Positions 10,233-19,124 of a stretch of DNA of 43,268 nucleotides are shown piece after piece (positions within the stretch are counted from its first letter, which is position 1; each line of letters opens with the position of its first letter). This stretch comes from Verrucomicrobiota bacterium (GTDB lineage: Bacteria; Verrucomicrobiota; Verrucomicrobiia; Limisphaerales; UBA1096), in the NCBI GenBank assembly GCA_018674955.1, contig JABGZB010000140.1:1-43268 (forward strand). The letters are read 5' to 3'. Under the pieces are notes generated by a model. The model saw nothing but the letters and a program-made list of their open reading frames with translations. It made no database searches and was not told the DNA's origin. The position numbers and the translations under genes are program-made.

Positions 10233-10298
10233 ATGAAATCAATTCTACTCACAATCGCAGCCGTGTTGCTGGTGGGGTGTGGCGAGGCTTTAAACTAA
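10233..10298 (+). pseudogene. 21-codon lipoprotein signal-peptide micro-ORF, probably the 5' relic of a disrupted lipoprotein gene
   Basis: ATG at 10233 reads MKSILLTIAAVLLVGCGEALN then TAA at 10296..10298. This is a complete lipobox signal (LVGC) with no mature protein behind it. It ends 7 nt before the GTG start of the next gene, which is in a different frame. Confidence 0.4.
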
Positions 10299-10305
10299 GC
10301 CCAAA

Positions 10306-10995
10306 GTGAAAACACCTTGTTCCAGTTGTAATCAACGCTTGGAGATACCCGAGGAACTAGCTGGGCAGACCATTGAGTGTCCTGCCTGTAATGCAAGTTT
10401 GGCTGTGCCCGCTATTGCTGCATCTAAGTCTGTACCAGCCCAAGTTCAACAGTCAGCACCACAAGCAGCTTCTAGTAAGAAATCTAAATCATCCGCACCC
10501 AAGTGGACCACCTTTCAATACGAAGCCATTAACCCCAAAAATTATAAGAATGAGAAGGGTGAACTGCCGGCTGCCAGCCAGGCCGATGCGTTGGCGCGGT
10601 TACATGAGATGGGTGTGAGTCCCGGTTTGGTGGAACAGGCCATGGCAACTGGTCGTCTAGCTGATAAGGCCAAGCGGGAACATTACGAGTTGCTGCGGCG
10701 GGAGAAGAAGAAATGGAATTGGACAACAAAACCCAAAAAGTTTTTGATAGGATTCGTCGGAACGATTGTTGTAGCAGAAGTATTTATGATCGGTCACCAA
10801 GCTGATTTTTTGGGCCACCTCTGTATAATCCTTTTCGGGATGCTAACTGGACTCATGGTTAGTCAATCGACTGACAAACCATCAACGCAATGGGCTTTGG
10901 CTTTTAAAGGCAAGAAGTTTGATTACTATGTGTTGCGGGATGCTACTGGTAAGCCCATCGAGACGATTGACCTACCAGAGAAATTAAACGAATAA
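10306..10995 (+). CDS. Hypothetical membrane protein with N-terminal zinc ribbon
   Basis: 229-aa ORF with a GTG start. CSSC...CPAC (CSSCNQRLEIPEELAGQTIECPACNASLAVP) is a 4-Cys zinc-ribbon pattern. It is followed by a low-complexity linker, a segment TFQYEAINPKNYKNEKGELPAASQADALARLHEMGVSPGLVEQ reminiscent of GspF/PilC N-terminal repeats, and a hydrophobic span FLIGFVGTIVVAEVFMIGHQADFLGHLCIILFGMLTGLMV. Confidence 0.6.
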   Translation: MKTPCSSCNQRLEIPEELAGQTIECPACNASLAVPAIAASKSVPAQVQQSAPQAASSKKSKSSAPKWTTFQYEAINPKNYKNEKGELPAASQADALARLHEMGVSPGLVEQAMATGRLADKAKREHYELLRREKKKWNWTTKPKKFLIGFVGTIVVAEVFMIGHQADFLGHLCIILFGMLTGLMVSQSTDKPSTQWALAFKGKKFDYYVLRDATGKPIETIDLPEKLNE

Positions 10996-11019
10996 CTGTG
11001 CTTACAGGCTGTGTCTCTA

Positions 11020-11085
11020 AAATTTACTCCACTTTTGAAGGAGGCCGTGTAATCGAAGGAAGAATTGTAAGCTGAAGGGAAATGA
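11020..11085 (+). pseudogene. Decayed 3'-end relic (copy A) of a gene ending ...KHGGKTGEELKAEGK*
   Basis: Reads KFTPLLKEAV*SKEEL*AEGK* with two in-frame stops. The core GAAGAATTGTAAGCTGAAGGGAAATGAAACA (11059..) matches copies B and C. The final stop is at 11083..11085, 90 nt after the stop of the preceding gene. Confidence 0.4.
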
Positions 11086-11126
11086 AACACCTCCTACTCT
11101 CTTGTTATCCGTGATACGAACCTCCC

Positions 11127-11894
11127 ATGACGCGCACGGTTCTAACCCTGACAACCTCGCCCCAGCGCATGCAGCATCTGCCCCTGGTGCTGGATGCACT
11201 GTTTAACCAGCTCACTTCGCCCGACGCTGTGTACCTCAACCTGCCGGAGCGCTATCGCAACCGTGATGCTTATATAATCCCCGATTGGCTAGGTGATGCG
11301 TTACAGGTGACCCTCCTGCGCCGGGTAGATGACCTGGGACCAGTGATGAAAATCCTACCGGTATTCGAAGTCGAAACAGATCCGGATACCCTCTTGATTA
11401 CTGTTGACGATGATGTCCGGTACCCTCCGGATACGATTTCGGCATTGCAAACCGCAGCTCAGGCACATCCGGAATCCGCTTTTGGCAGCAGGGGGTTTAA
11501 CTTTACAAATATCGGCCAACATCTGGAACCGGTACGAGGCAGCCATGCGTCCTGCCATGTTTTGCAAGGCTACGGGGCCTGCGCTTACCGGCGGCGGCAT
11601 TTCGACATCGAACGCCTGCACCTTAGCCTTGCCTCACAACCAGAAGCCTTTCGCTTCAGCGATGATGTCATTTTGTCGAACCACATTGCGTCAAGGGGCG
11701 TTGCCCGCTTCACCATTGAACTCACCAGTCGCCTGGAGCACATGCCCTGGGGGGACGAGGATTCACAGTCCTTGAAGTTTGTCGACGGTGGCACGCACCG
11801 GCGCTATGAAACGATGCGGCAATGGTTAATCAAAGAGGGTGAGTGGTTCGCGCAAGACCGGGCGGCAACACACGGGGCCAAAGACGAAAAATGA
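11127..11894 (+). CDS. Hypothetical protein, possibly a GT-A-like glycosyltransferase (DXD motif)
   Basis: 255-aa ORF with no signal peptide. The N-terminus TLTTSPQRMQHLPLVLDALFNQ followed by LLITVDDDVRYPPD (DxD-like) resembles the layout of nucleotide-sugar glycosyltransferases. The family assignment is not secure from sequence reading alone. Confidence 0.4.
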   Translation: MTRTVLTLTTSPQRMQHLPLVLDALFNQLTSPDAVYLNLPERYRNRDAYIIPDWLGDALQVTLLRRVDDLGPVMKILPVFEVETDPDTLLITVDDDVRYPPDTISALQTAAQAHPESAFGSRGFNFTNIGQHLEPVRGSHASCHVLQGYGACAYRRRHFDIERLHLSLASQPEAFRFSDDVILSNHIASRGVARFTIELTSRLEHMPWGDEDSQSLKFVDGGTHRRYETMRQWLIKEGEWFAQDRAATHGAKDEK

Positions 11895-11931
11895 TTAGCC
11901 TGGAACTTTGCGTGCCTACTTCTGTGCCCAA

Positions 11932-11997
11932 CCCTTTTTCCGCTATAGAAAACACAGCGGTAAGACGGGTGCAGAATTGAAAGCTGAAGGGAAATAG
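11932..11997 (+). pseudogene. 3'-end relic (copy B) of a gene ending ...KHGGKTGEELKAEGK*
   Basis: Reads PFFRYRKHSGKTGAELKAEGK* with TAG at 11995..11997, 103 nt after the stop of the preceding gene. There is no plausible start or upstream ORF body. Confidence 0.5.
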
Positions 11998-12105
11998 TGA
12001 CCTTTGGCCAAGCGCTTGGTTTTCAAAAAAATGGGTGGATTTCATGCTGATGAATTTTGCATCACTCCACTAATAATTTTATTCAGAGCTTGAGTTCAAC
12101 GGTGA

Positions 12106-13563
12106 ATGATTAAGAGTGGGCACGTGAACAAGAAATGGCCAACCATCCTCACGTTCTTTTTCCTTGTAGTCACTTCTTTCGCCGCTACGAAGAAATACAA
12201 TGTGCTCTTCATTATTTCTGATGACCTGACTTCCACCGCGTTGTCCTGTTATGGCAATACGGTCTGCAAAACACCGAATATCGATGCCCTTGCAGACAGA
12301 GGCACACGCTTCACCCGCACCTATTGTCAGGGCACCTATTGCGGTCCATCGCGTGCCTCATTTATGAGTGGCTATTATCCTCATGCGACGGGTGTGTTGA
12401 GATACAAGAGTCCGCGCCCACAGATTGGCACCCGAGCGACGTGGTCGCAGCATTTCAAGAATAACGGCTATCACTCCGCGCGCATCAGCAAGATCTATCA
12501 CATGGGTGTTCCCGGAGGCATTGAGCAGGGTGGTCATGGTGCCGATGACGCCGCTTCGTGGACCGAGCGTTTCAACAGCCCAGGCCCCGAATGGAAAGCC
12601 CCCGGTCAGGGTGAGACCCTGGAGGGCAATCCCGATGGCAAACGACCGGTCGTGGGCGGCAACACCTTTGTGGTAGTGGAAGCTGAAGGTGATGATTTGG
12701 TCCATTCAGATGGCAAAACTGCTGCGAAGGCCTGTGAACTACTGGCGGAGTATGCAAAACGGCAGAAGCCGTTCTTTCTGGGCGTAGGCTTTGTTCGCCC
12801 GCATGTGCCGTTTGTGGCACCAGAAAAATATTATCCACCCTTTCTGCCGTACTCAAAAATGAAACTGCCACACAAGTTTGAAGGAGACTGGGATGACATA
12901 CCCAAGCCAGGCATTAACTACAAAACCAGTGTGAACATGAAGATGGATGTTCGACGTCAAAAGAAGGCCGTAGGTGGCTACTACGCCTCGGTGAGTTTCA
13001 TGGATGCGCAGGTGGGCAAGGTGCTGACTGCGCTAAAAAAGGCTGGGCTGGAGGATGACACGATTGTGATTTTCACAAGCGACCATGGCTTTCACCTGGG
13101 CGAGCACGATTTTTGGGCCAAGGTGAGTTTGCTCGATGAATCCTCACAGGTACCGCTCATCATCAGAGTACCCGGCAAGAAACCCGCCGTATGTCATTCG
13201 TTGACCGAGCTGCTTGACCTTTATCCCACCGTTTCTGCCCTCTGCGGTCTGCCCACCCAATCGCGACTGCAGGGTAAGGATATCTCCAAAATGCTTGATG
13301 ACCCCAAGCACACCGTGCGCACTGCCGCCTTTTCCGTAGCCCCTATGCGCAGCGGCTTTCTTTTACGTGAGGATGAGTGGGCCTACATCCAGTACGGAGA
13401 AAATGGTGCTAAAGGCATTGAGCTCTACAACATAAAAAAGGATCCGCACCAGTACACCAGCCTAGCTCAACATCCTGCCCACCAAGAAACCGTGGCTCGC
13501 TTCAAGGCCCAGATGACAGGCAAGCTGCGGAACATCCGCAACAACGATCTCAAGGGGAACTGA
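12106..13563 (+). CDS. Sulfatase (Cys-type, iduronate-2-sulfatase-like)
   Basis: 485-aa ORF with a signal peptide. Motifs: YNVLFIISDDL, YCGPSRASFMSGYYP, GVGFVRPHVPF, TSDHGFHLGEH. It is a paralogue of 26625..28112, sharing the GFVRPH(V/L)PF and GDHGWHLG-type blocks. Confidence 0.92.
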   Translation: MIKSGHVNKKWPTILTFFFLVVTSFAATKKYNVLFIISDDLTSTALSCYGNTVCKTPNIDALADRGTRFTRTYCQGTYCGPSRASFMSGYYPHATGVLRYKSPRPQIGTRATWSQHFKNNGYHSARISKIYHMGVPGGIEQGGHGADDAASWTERFNSPGPEWKAPGQGETLEGNPDGKRPVVGGNTFVVVEAEGDDLVHSDGKTAAKACELLAEYAKRQKPFFLGVGFVRPHVPFVAPEKYYPPFLPYSKMKLPHKFEGDWDDIPKPGINYKTSVNMKMDVRRQKKAVGGYYASVSFMDAQVGKVLTALKKAGLEDDTIVIFTSDHGFHLGEHDFWAKVSLLDESSQVPLIIRVPGKKPAVCHSLTELLDLYPTVSALCGLPTQSRLQGKDISKMLDDPKHTVRTAAFSVAPMRSGFLLREDEWAYIQYGENGAKGIELYNIKKDPHQYTSLAQHPAHQETVARFKAQMTGKLRNIRNNDLKGN

Positions 13564-13583
13564 AAACCAGATTGCGCACTGTC

Positions 13584-13664
13584 ATTAAAAACCTCGTCAT
13601 GTCCGACCTCTTCCGCAAACACGGCGGTAAGACGGGTGAAGAATTGAAAGCTGAAGGGAGATGA
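13584..13664 (+). pseudogene. 3'-end relic (copy C) of a gene ending ...KHGGKTGEELKAEGK*
   Basis: Reads IKNLVMSDLFRKHGGKTGEELKAEGR* with TGA at 13662..13664, 101 nt after the sulfatase stop. It is the best-preserved copy. There is no upstream gene body. Confidence 0.55.
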
Positions 13665-13718
13665 AACAACTTTGTCTCAGGTATCGCACCCAAGTCATAC
13701 CAGCCGCTTGGCCAAACA

Positions 13719-15149
13719 CTACGAGATCAGCTCTGGCAAGGGGCCCCGCTGTAATTCTGCATCAATGTTCAAATCCAATCGGCCGAATTGATCCTGCGGT
13801 TTGCCGGCGTATTCCATGAATGTGTTGTAAAGATTACCGATCGTGCGCTGACCCTTTTTACCGTAGCTTGGAAATTGCAAATAACGCCCGCTTCCCGCCT
13901 TCGCCTGGCCAAGGCCGCCCAACAAAAGAAACGGCCATTCGGTGCAACTGCCGTGATGCTTTTCGGCTGCGTCGCTGAGGTACACAATCAGCGTATGATC
14001 CAGCATTGTGCCGTCTCCTTCCGGCACGGACGTGAGCTTGGCAGCCACGCGGCTAATTTGTTCCATATGAAATCTGCGAATCCGATTCCGTGCCTCATTC
14101 GAGCTCATTCCGTTGACAGATTCGGCATGGCCCAGCCCATGAACATGTTTTGAAATCCCAAGCCCACGATAGGTCACGTCAAGCGTATCCGCTCGAACCG
14201 CCGCCACGTTTGTGATGCCGGAAATCAATGCCGCCGCCGCAATGTCAAAGTGAGATTCCAATCGATCCGTCTCCACCTCGGAACTAAACTTGTCACTGAT
14301 TTCCGGGACATTATTCCGAATCTTTGCCTCAAGGCCCTTTAGTTTTCGGCGGCGATCCTGCAACCCCTCGAACGCTCCTAAGTAATGGTTGAGCTTTTCC
14401 CTGTCAGCACTTCCCAATTCGCGCTGAAAACGCTTGATGTCGCTAACCATGTGATCCAGCAGGAGCGTCTGCAAACTTTGTTCCGCCCTTGACTTACTGC
14501 CTGTTGCGGCCACTCCAAAAAGATCCTGATAGGCCATTGCAGGATTCGCCTGATACGGCAATGGCCGATCGGGGCCAAGCGCTGATATTCCCGGATACAC
14601 CACCGAGTCTTTCACGCCGGAAAGCACCTTGCCCCCCAGCGTTAAACCCACATGCGGAAAGATGGCCGGCAAGGCATTAGCCAACGCGCCATCGATAGTG
14701 GCAAAAGCAGCTCGACCCGGGGTCCCCTCGTTTCCAGTATGATAACATCCCAACGCGCCGTACCAAGCCGAGTGTCCTCCTCGGCACATCTTTCCGGACA
14801 ACCCCTGAAGAATCGTCAACTGATCCTTGAATCGAATTAACGGCTCCAAGGATTCCGGCAAATCACGCTTAGCCAATGGCAGGTCGATCAGTTTGTCGCT
14901 TGGCTTAAGCTCGTTTGGCCATCCTTTCTCTTCTCCTGGTCGTATGTATTCCGGGATGAGATCCTTAGGGACCAGCTCCGCCGGCGTCAGGCCGCTCGAC
15001 TTTACTACGAACAAAAATCGCCGAGGCAACTCTCCACGAGCTTCTGCCGTCAACCGATTGGCAAACGGCATCAGCAAGGGAGCTGCAATGCAGCCCGACA
15101 ATTTTTTTAAAGCCTGTCGACGATTGAGGGATAATTTATTGAATTTCAT
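13719..15149 (-). CDS. DUF1552 family protein (Tat-signal, PVC-type)
   Basis: 476-aa ORF. The N-terminus MKFNKLSLNRRQALKKLSGCIAAPLL is a twin-arginine-like signal. Its start overlaps the stop of the upstream DUF1592-type gene by ATGA (15146..15149), the usual partner arrangement for this family. Confidence 0.8.
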   Translation of the reverse strand: MKFNKLSLNRRQALKKLSGCIAAPLLMPFANRLTAEARGELPRRFLFVVKSSGLTPAELVPKDLIPEYIRPGEEKGWPNELKPSDKLIDLPLAKRDLPESLEPLIRFKDQLTILQGLSGKMCRGGHSAWYGALGCYHTGNEGTPGRAAFATIDGALANALPAIFPHVGLTLGGKVLSGVKDSVVYPGISALGPDRPLPYQANPAMAYQDLFGVAATGSKSRAEQSLQTLLLDHMVSDIKRFQRELGSADREKLNHYLGAFEGLQDRRRKLKGLEAKIRNNVPEISDKFSSEVETDRLESHFDIAAAALISGITNVAAVRADTLDVTYRGLGISKHVHGLGHAESVNGMSSNEARNRIRRFHMEQISRVAAKLTSVPEGDGTMLDHTLIVYLSDAAEKHHGSCTEWPFLLLGGLGQAKAGSGRYLQFPSYGKKGQRTIGNLYNTFMEYAGKPQDQFGRLDLNIDAELQRGPLPELIS

Positions 15150-17413
15150 TTTCGGTACAGGAACGAATCAGAACTTAGCAAAGAAGCAATCATTGCCTTC
15201 ATGCTCCCTCCGTTCTCAATGTAAGCCTTGTCCGCTGCCATGAGTGTTGGGGAGTCCGCAAAAGTCTCATTGCGCCCCATCCAAAATCGAAACACATGCC
15301 GAACAAACGATTGACGCACCCGCGTCGAATTGGCGAGTTTATGAACCAACTCAAACGCATCGGCAACCGGGCCGTCGAGCGATGAGTCGCCACTATCTGC
15401 AATCTCTCCATTCGTTTGCACCGGCACAGTTCGGGCACCACGGTGTCGCTCCGGAAAGATGGAAAGCCTTTCATCAAGCATCTCGGTTTTACGAAACCGA
15501 CCAAAGTCGTCAAAGCTTTCGAAAGGCAAACCCAGTGGATTCATCTTGCGATGACAATTCCAGCATTCCTTCGACTTAGTTGCCTTGAGCCTATCCCGTA
15601 ACGAACGCCCCCGATCCTCCGGAATAACCGCGTTGACCGTTACTGGTACATCCTGAATCGTTCCCGCCAAAAGATGTTCAAGAATCCATTTGCCACGGCG
15701 AATTGGATCATTATCAAAATTCCCCGACCAGGCGATTAGCCATGCAGGGTGGGTCAAAATTCCGGCACGCTGGTTCTTTGGAAGCAGAAACGGCTGCTTG
15801 GTTTGATATCCCCAGGTTTCGTGAAACAGATTATAAAATTTCACATACGTTCGACTGGAAGTGCCTTCGATTGGGATGGGTATTTTACCCTCTGCCTCCA
15901 ATCGGGCAATGTACTTCTCGTTGTTTTTGAAATTCGCATCATTTAAATTATTACGGATGTAATTCAGATCCTTTTCAAACTTTTCGTACGAGCCTGGATA
16001 CGCCACAAAATATTTATTGGAGGTCAGTAACTGCCGAAAAACATCGTGATCCTCGTCGAAAATGTGCATTACAAACTGATCAGCATCGTGAACTATCCGC
16101 TTGGTTTCAAAGCCACTATCGATACTGATCCTGTTTTCATCTTTGAACACTCTTGGAGCGTGGTGATAACCAAAAAAGTCACGAAAGAAACGTAGCACAC
16201 GCGTGTTCCGAACCTTGTGATTCTCGGCAAACATCGTGTAGTCGGCAGTAGACATATCGTTTTCATCGAGGATCTGTTTCACCACTCGGCGAATGTCTGA
16301 AGGCGAGGCTAATCCTCCTGCCTTGGTGATCTCGAAAAGCGTTTGACCTTCATTCCCGCCAACTCGAGTTTTATTTGGTCCCTTGTCTGTCAAAGCGAAT
16401 GCGAGGGCAAAAGCGAGTTCATTATCTGAAAGGCGACGGCGGCCGAACTTATCTTCCTCGCCCAAACCAACCTCCAATCGATAAACGGCTTCTGGCTTGA
16501 GCATGATTGAAACAAGCATTGACTGAAACCCACGCACGCGACCGGCATTCGCCTGCGCCTTAGCCAGATACCCGATCGCTTGACTAACCTCAGGCTCCGT
16601 CGCTTCTCGCCCTAGGATTAGTTTGTACTCAAAATGGATCGCTGCTAGGAGTTGCTCCGCACTTGGCTTGTCAACCCACTCAACGATCGGACGAAACACG
16701 TCCGGCACGCGGCGATGCCTCTGCATTATGCCTTCATGATCGCGTTTTGAAATACCAACCGTCTGGTATTCGGCGATCGACTGGCAATTCATCACTAACA
16801 ACTGCAATGTCGCATCACCCGCGAATTGCCCAGAGGCAAAATCCGAAATCACACCTTTACTTTCATCCAACGCAAAAGGCTGATGCACAGCTCGAACATG
16901 GCGCAACCCACCGAGCCCTTCGATCATATGATCGTAAATAAATGGGCTCAATCGCCATAACCTTGGAGGCGACGACGCCGGCTCTTTTTGTGAACCGTTA
17001 AAGAGCATTTCATGGTTCAGATGATTTCCGAACTCTGGCGATTGCATTTTATGATCGATCAGCGCTGGAACATTGGCCTTGGCAAATTCGGCACGTATCC
17101 AACCCGAAACCATCTGCTTGGCTTTCAGCTGCGGGCGAGGTTTTTTCTTCGGAGGCATCTCGCCTGTCTCCAATTTCTCGAGAACCTTCTGCCAGACATC
17201 CACTACGCTTGGTTTCGTGAAATCAAAATGCAGAGGCTCCAAAATAAAGTCCGCCTTGGCGGTCTCCGCATCATGACATTCCAAACAATACTCCCCCAAG
17301 AAATCCACCACCACGGGTTCCGTAACAGCTTGGCCAAGTACAACAGCACTCAACCAAGTGATCGATAGAAACACATGGCTAAATCTTCGTTGAATTGAAA
17401 TAAAGCTCATCAT
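15146..17413 (-). CDS. DUF1592/DUF1588/DUF1585-type protein with planctomycete-type cytochrome c (CxxCH) motifs
   Basis: 755-aa ORF with a signal peptide. The N-terminal motif is EYCLECHDAETAKADF (CxxCH at residues 43-47). The C-terminal motif CWNCHRKMNPLGLPFESFDDFGRFR is typical of the DUF1588/DUF1585 end of these proteins. Confidence 0.8.
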   Translation of the reverse strand: MMSFISIQRRFSHVFLSITWLSAVVLGQAVTEPVVVDFLGEYCLECHDAETAKADFILEPLHFDFTKPSVVDVWQKVLEKLETGEMPPKKKPRPQLKAKQMVSGWIRAEFAKANVPALIDHKMQSPEFGNHLNHEMLFNGSQKEPASSPPRLWRLSPFIYDHMIEGLGGLRHVRAVHQPFALDESKGVISDFASGQFAGDATLQLLVMNCQSIAEYQTVGISKRDHEGIMQRHRRVPDVFRPIVEWVDKPSAEQLLAAIHFEYKLILGREATEPEVSQAIGYLAKAQANAGRVRGFQSMLVSIMLKPEAVYRLEVGLGEEDKFGRRRLSDNELAFALAFALTDKGPNKTRVGGNEGQTLFEITKAGGLASPSDIRRVVKQILDENDMSTADYTMFAENHKVRNTRVLRFFRDFFGYHHAPRVFKDENRISIDSGFETKRIVHDADQFVMHIFDEDHDVFRQLLTSNKYFVAYPGSYEKFEKDLNYIRNNLNDANFKNNEKYIARLEAEGKIPIPIEGTSSRTYVKFYNLFHETWGYQTKQPFLLPKNQRAGILTHPAWLIAWSGNFDNDPIRRGKWILEHLLAGTIQDVPVTVNAVIPEDRGRSLRDRLKATKSKECWNCHRKMNPLGLPFESFDDFGRFRKTEMLDERLSIFPERHRGARTVPVQTNGEIADSGDSSLDGPVADAFELVHKLANSTRVRQSFVRHVFRFWMGRNETFADSPTLMAADKAYIENGGSMKAMIASLLSSDSFLYRK

Positions 17414-17645
17414 CGAGAGTCACTTGGACAGCGGCGTACTAAATCACCCACCAGAGTATACGTAAACTAATTAAATATAGATCTAAGGTGACTCAGACTC
17501 CGCTTCACCAACTCATAGCCAAGGCGAATGGAACATTGAACAAACCATTCTTTTATGCCACACTTACCGCCCTGTATTTCTGGCTGATTTGTTAAGAAAT
17601 ATATCGATAGAAAATTTCAACAGAATTTAAACCACACATAAACAA

Positions 17646-19097
17646 ATGTTATATTTCAGGAAAACAACCATTCTATTGTCGTTGAGCTTCATCATAACGC
17701 TACAGGACTCGCTGCAGGCCGCTCAGGAGAAACCGAACATCGTTTACATTATGGTCGATGACATGGGCTACGGCGACACGGGGTGTTACAATCCGAAATC
17801 AAAAATCCCCACGCCGAACATCGACTCACTGGCCAATGCCGGAATGCGCTTCACTGATGCTCATTCGCCGGGGGCATTGTGCCATCCTTCGCGGTACGGA
17901 CTGCTAACCGGGCAGCATCCGTTTCGTGCCAATGTGGAATCGTGGCGCACGCGTGCAGTGATCCGGAATGGTCAGACGACAATCGCTTCGCTGCTACAGT
18001 CGAACGGCTACCGAACGGCGATGGTTGGCAAGTGGCATCTCGGTTTCGACGAAAACGGCTACGAAAATCCGCTGCCCGGCGGTCCGGTCGATCGCGGTTT
18101 CGACTCGTTTTTCGGAATCCGCGCCTCTACCGACATTCCGCCCTATTTTTACATTCGTGACGACCACGCCGTCGTGCCGCCGAGCGACAGCATCGAGGCG
18201 AACAAGAGCGAGGGTTGGTCACCAATTCAGGGCGCCTTCTGGCGAGCGGGTGGAATCGCGCCGGATCTGAAACTGAAGGACGTCCTACCCCGCTTTACCG
18301 ATGAGGCGATCACCGTCATCGAGGATCATGCCGAGACAAAAAACAAAAAGCCGCTGATGCTGTATCTCGCGTATCCGGCACCGCACACACCCTGGCTGCC
18401 GTCAAACAAGTTTCGCAGTAGTAGCAAAGCTGGCATGTACGGCGACTTTTTGGTGATGATGGACGCGATGATCGGGCGTGTGCTAGAGGCGCTCGACAAA
18501 GCCGGAATGAACGACGATACGCTGCTGTTTTTCACTTCCGACAACGGCCCGGTCTGGTACGATACTGACGTTCAGCGACTTGACCACGACTCAGTCGGCG
18601 GTCTGCGAGGCATGAAAGCCGACGCGTGGGAAGGCGGCCATCGTATGCCATTTATCGTGCGCTGGCCCGGCAAGATTCAAGCCGGATCGGTCAGCGGGCA
18701 GACGATCTGTTTTACAGATATGCTAGCGACATTCGCCGCGGTTGTGGATGCTGAGTTACCGCCGGACGCCGGGCCGGACAGCTTCGATATTCTCCCTGTG
18801 CTACTGGGCAAACAACCCGAGTCCAAGGCGATTCGAGGGCCGCTCGTGATCCCCGCAAGGCGCGGTATGATGTCGATCCGCTCGGGTCACTGGAAGCTAA
18901 TCACCGGCCTCGGCTCCGGCGGTTTTTCAAAACCAGCGCAGATCAAGCCCACGCCCGGCGGTCCAAAGGGTCAGCTCTATCATCTCGGCAACGACCTAGC
19001 AGAAACCCGCAACCTGTACGCGGAAAAGCCTGAAACCGTGAAATCTCTTCAGAGCAAATTGGCGCAAATTCTGAAACAGACAAAAACACGACCGTAA
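17646..19097 (+). CDS. Sulfatase (Cys-type)
   Basis: 483-aa ORF with a signal peptide. Motifs: PNIVYIMVDDMGYGDTGCYN, LCHPSRYGLLTGQHPFR, TSDNGP, WEGGHRMPFIVRWPG. It is a paralogue of 33084..34634. Confidence 0.93.
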   Translation: MLYFRKTTILLSLSFIITLQDSLQAAQEKPNIVYIMVDDMGYGDTGCYNPKSKIPTPNIDSLANAGMRFTDAHSPGALCHPSRYGLLTGQHPFRANVESWRTRAVIRNGQTTIASLLQSNGYRTAMVGKWHLGFDENGYENPLPGGPVDRGFDSFFGIRASTDIPPYFYIRDDHAVVPPSDSIEANKSEGWSPIQGAFWRAGGIAPDLKLKDVLPRFTDEAITVIEDHAETKNKKPLMLYLAYPAPHTPWLPSNKFRSSSKAGMYGDFLVMMDAMIGRVLEALDKAGMNDDTLLFFTSDNGPVWYDTDVQRLDHDSVGGLRGMKADAWEGGHRMPFIVRWPGKIQAGSVSGQTICFTDMLATFAAVVDAELPPDAGPDSFDILPVLLGKQPESKAIRGPLVIPARRGMMSIRSGHWKLITGLGSGGFSKPAQIKPTPGGPKGQLYHLGNDLAETRNLYAEKPETVKSLQSKLAQILKQTKTRP

Positions 19098-19124
19098 AAT
19101 CTCACCCGATCTAAGATCAATAAA

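Noticed and set aside
12008-12019. The perfect 12-nt palindrome CCAAGCGCTTGG followed by TTTTC, considered as a terminator after relic B.
   Set aside because: Without a loop the usable stem is only ~4 bp. It is more simply a by-product of the overlapping iterated TTGGCCAAGC word.
9852-13718. Integron, transposon or insertion-sequence explanation for the cassette-like region. I looked for an integrase or transposase, inverted terminal repeats and attC-like imperfect palindromes.
   Set aside because: No recombinase ORF, terminal inverted repeats or attC-type structure could be identified by eye in this window. The cassette idea therefore stays a hypothesis in the findings rather than an annotated mobile element.
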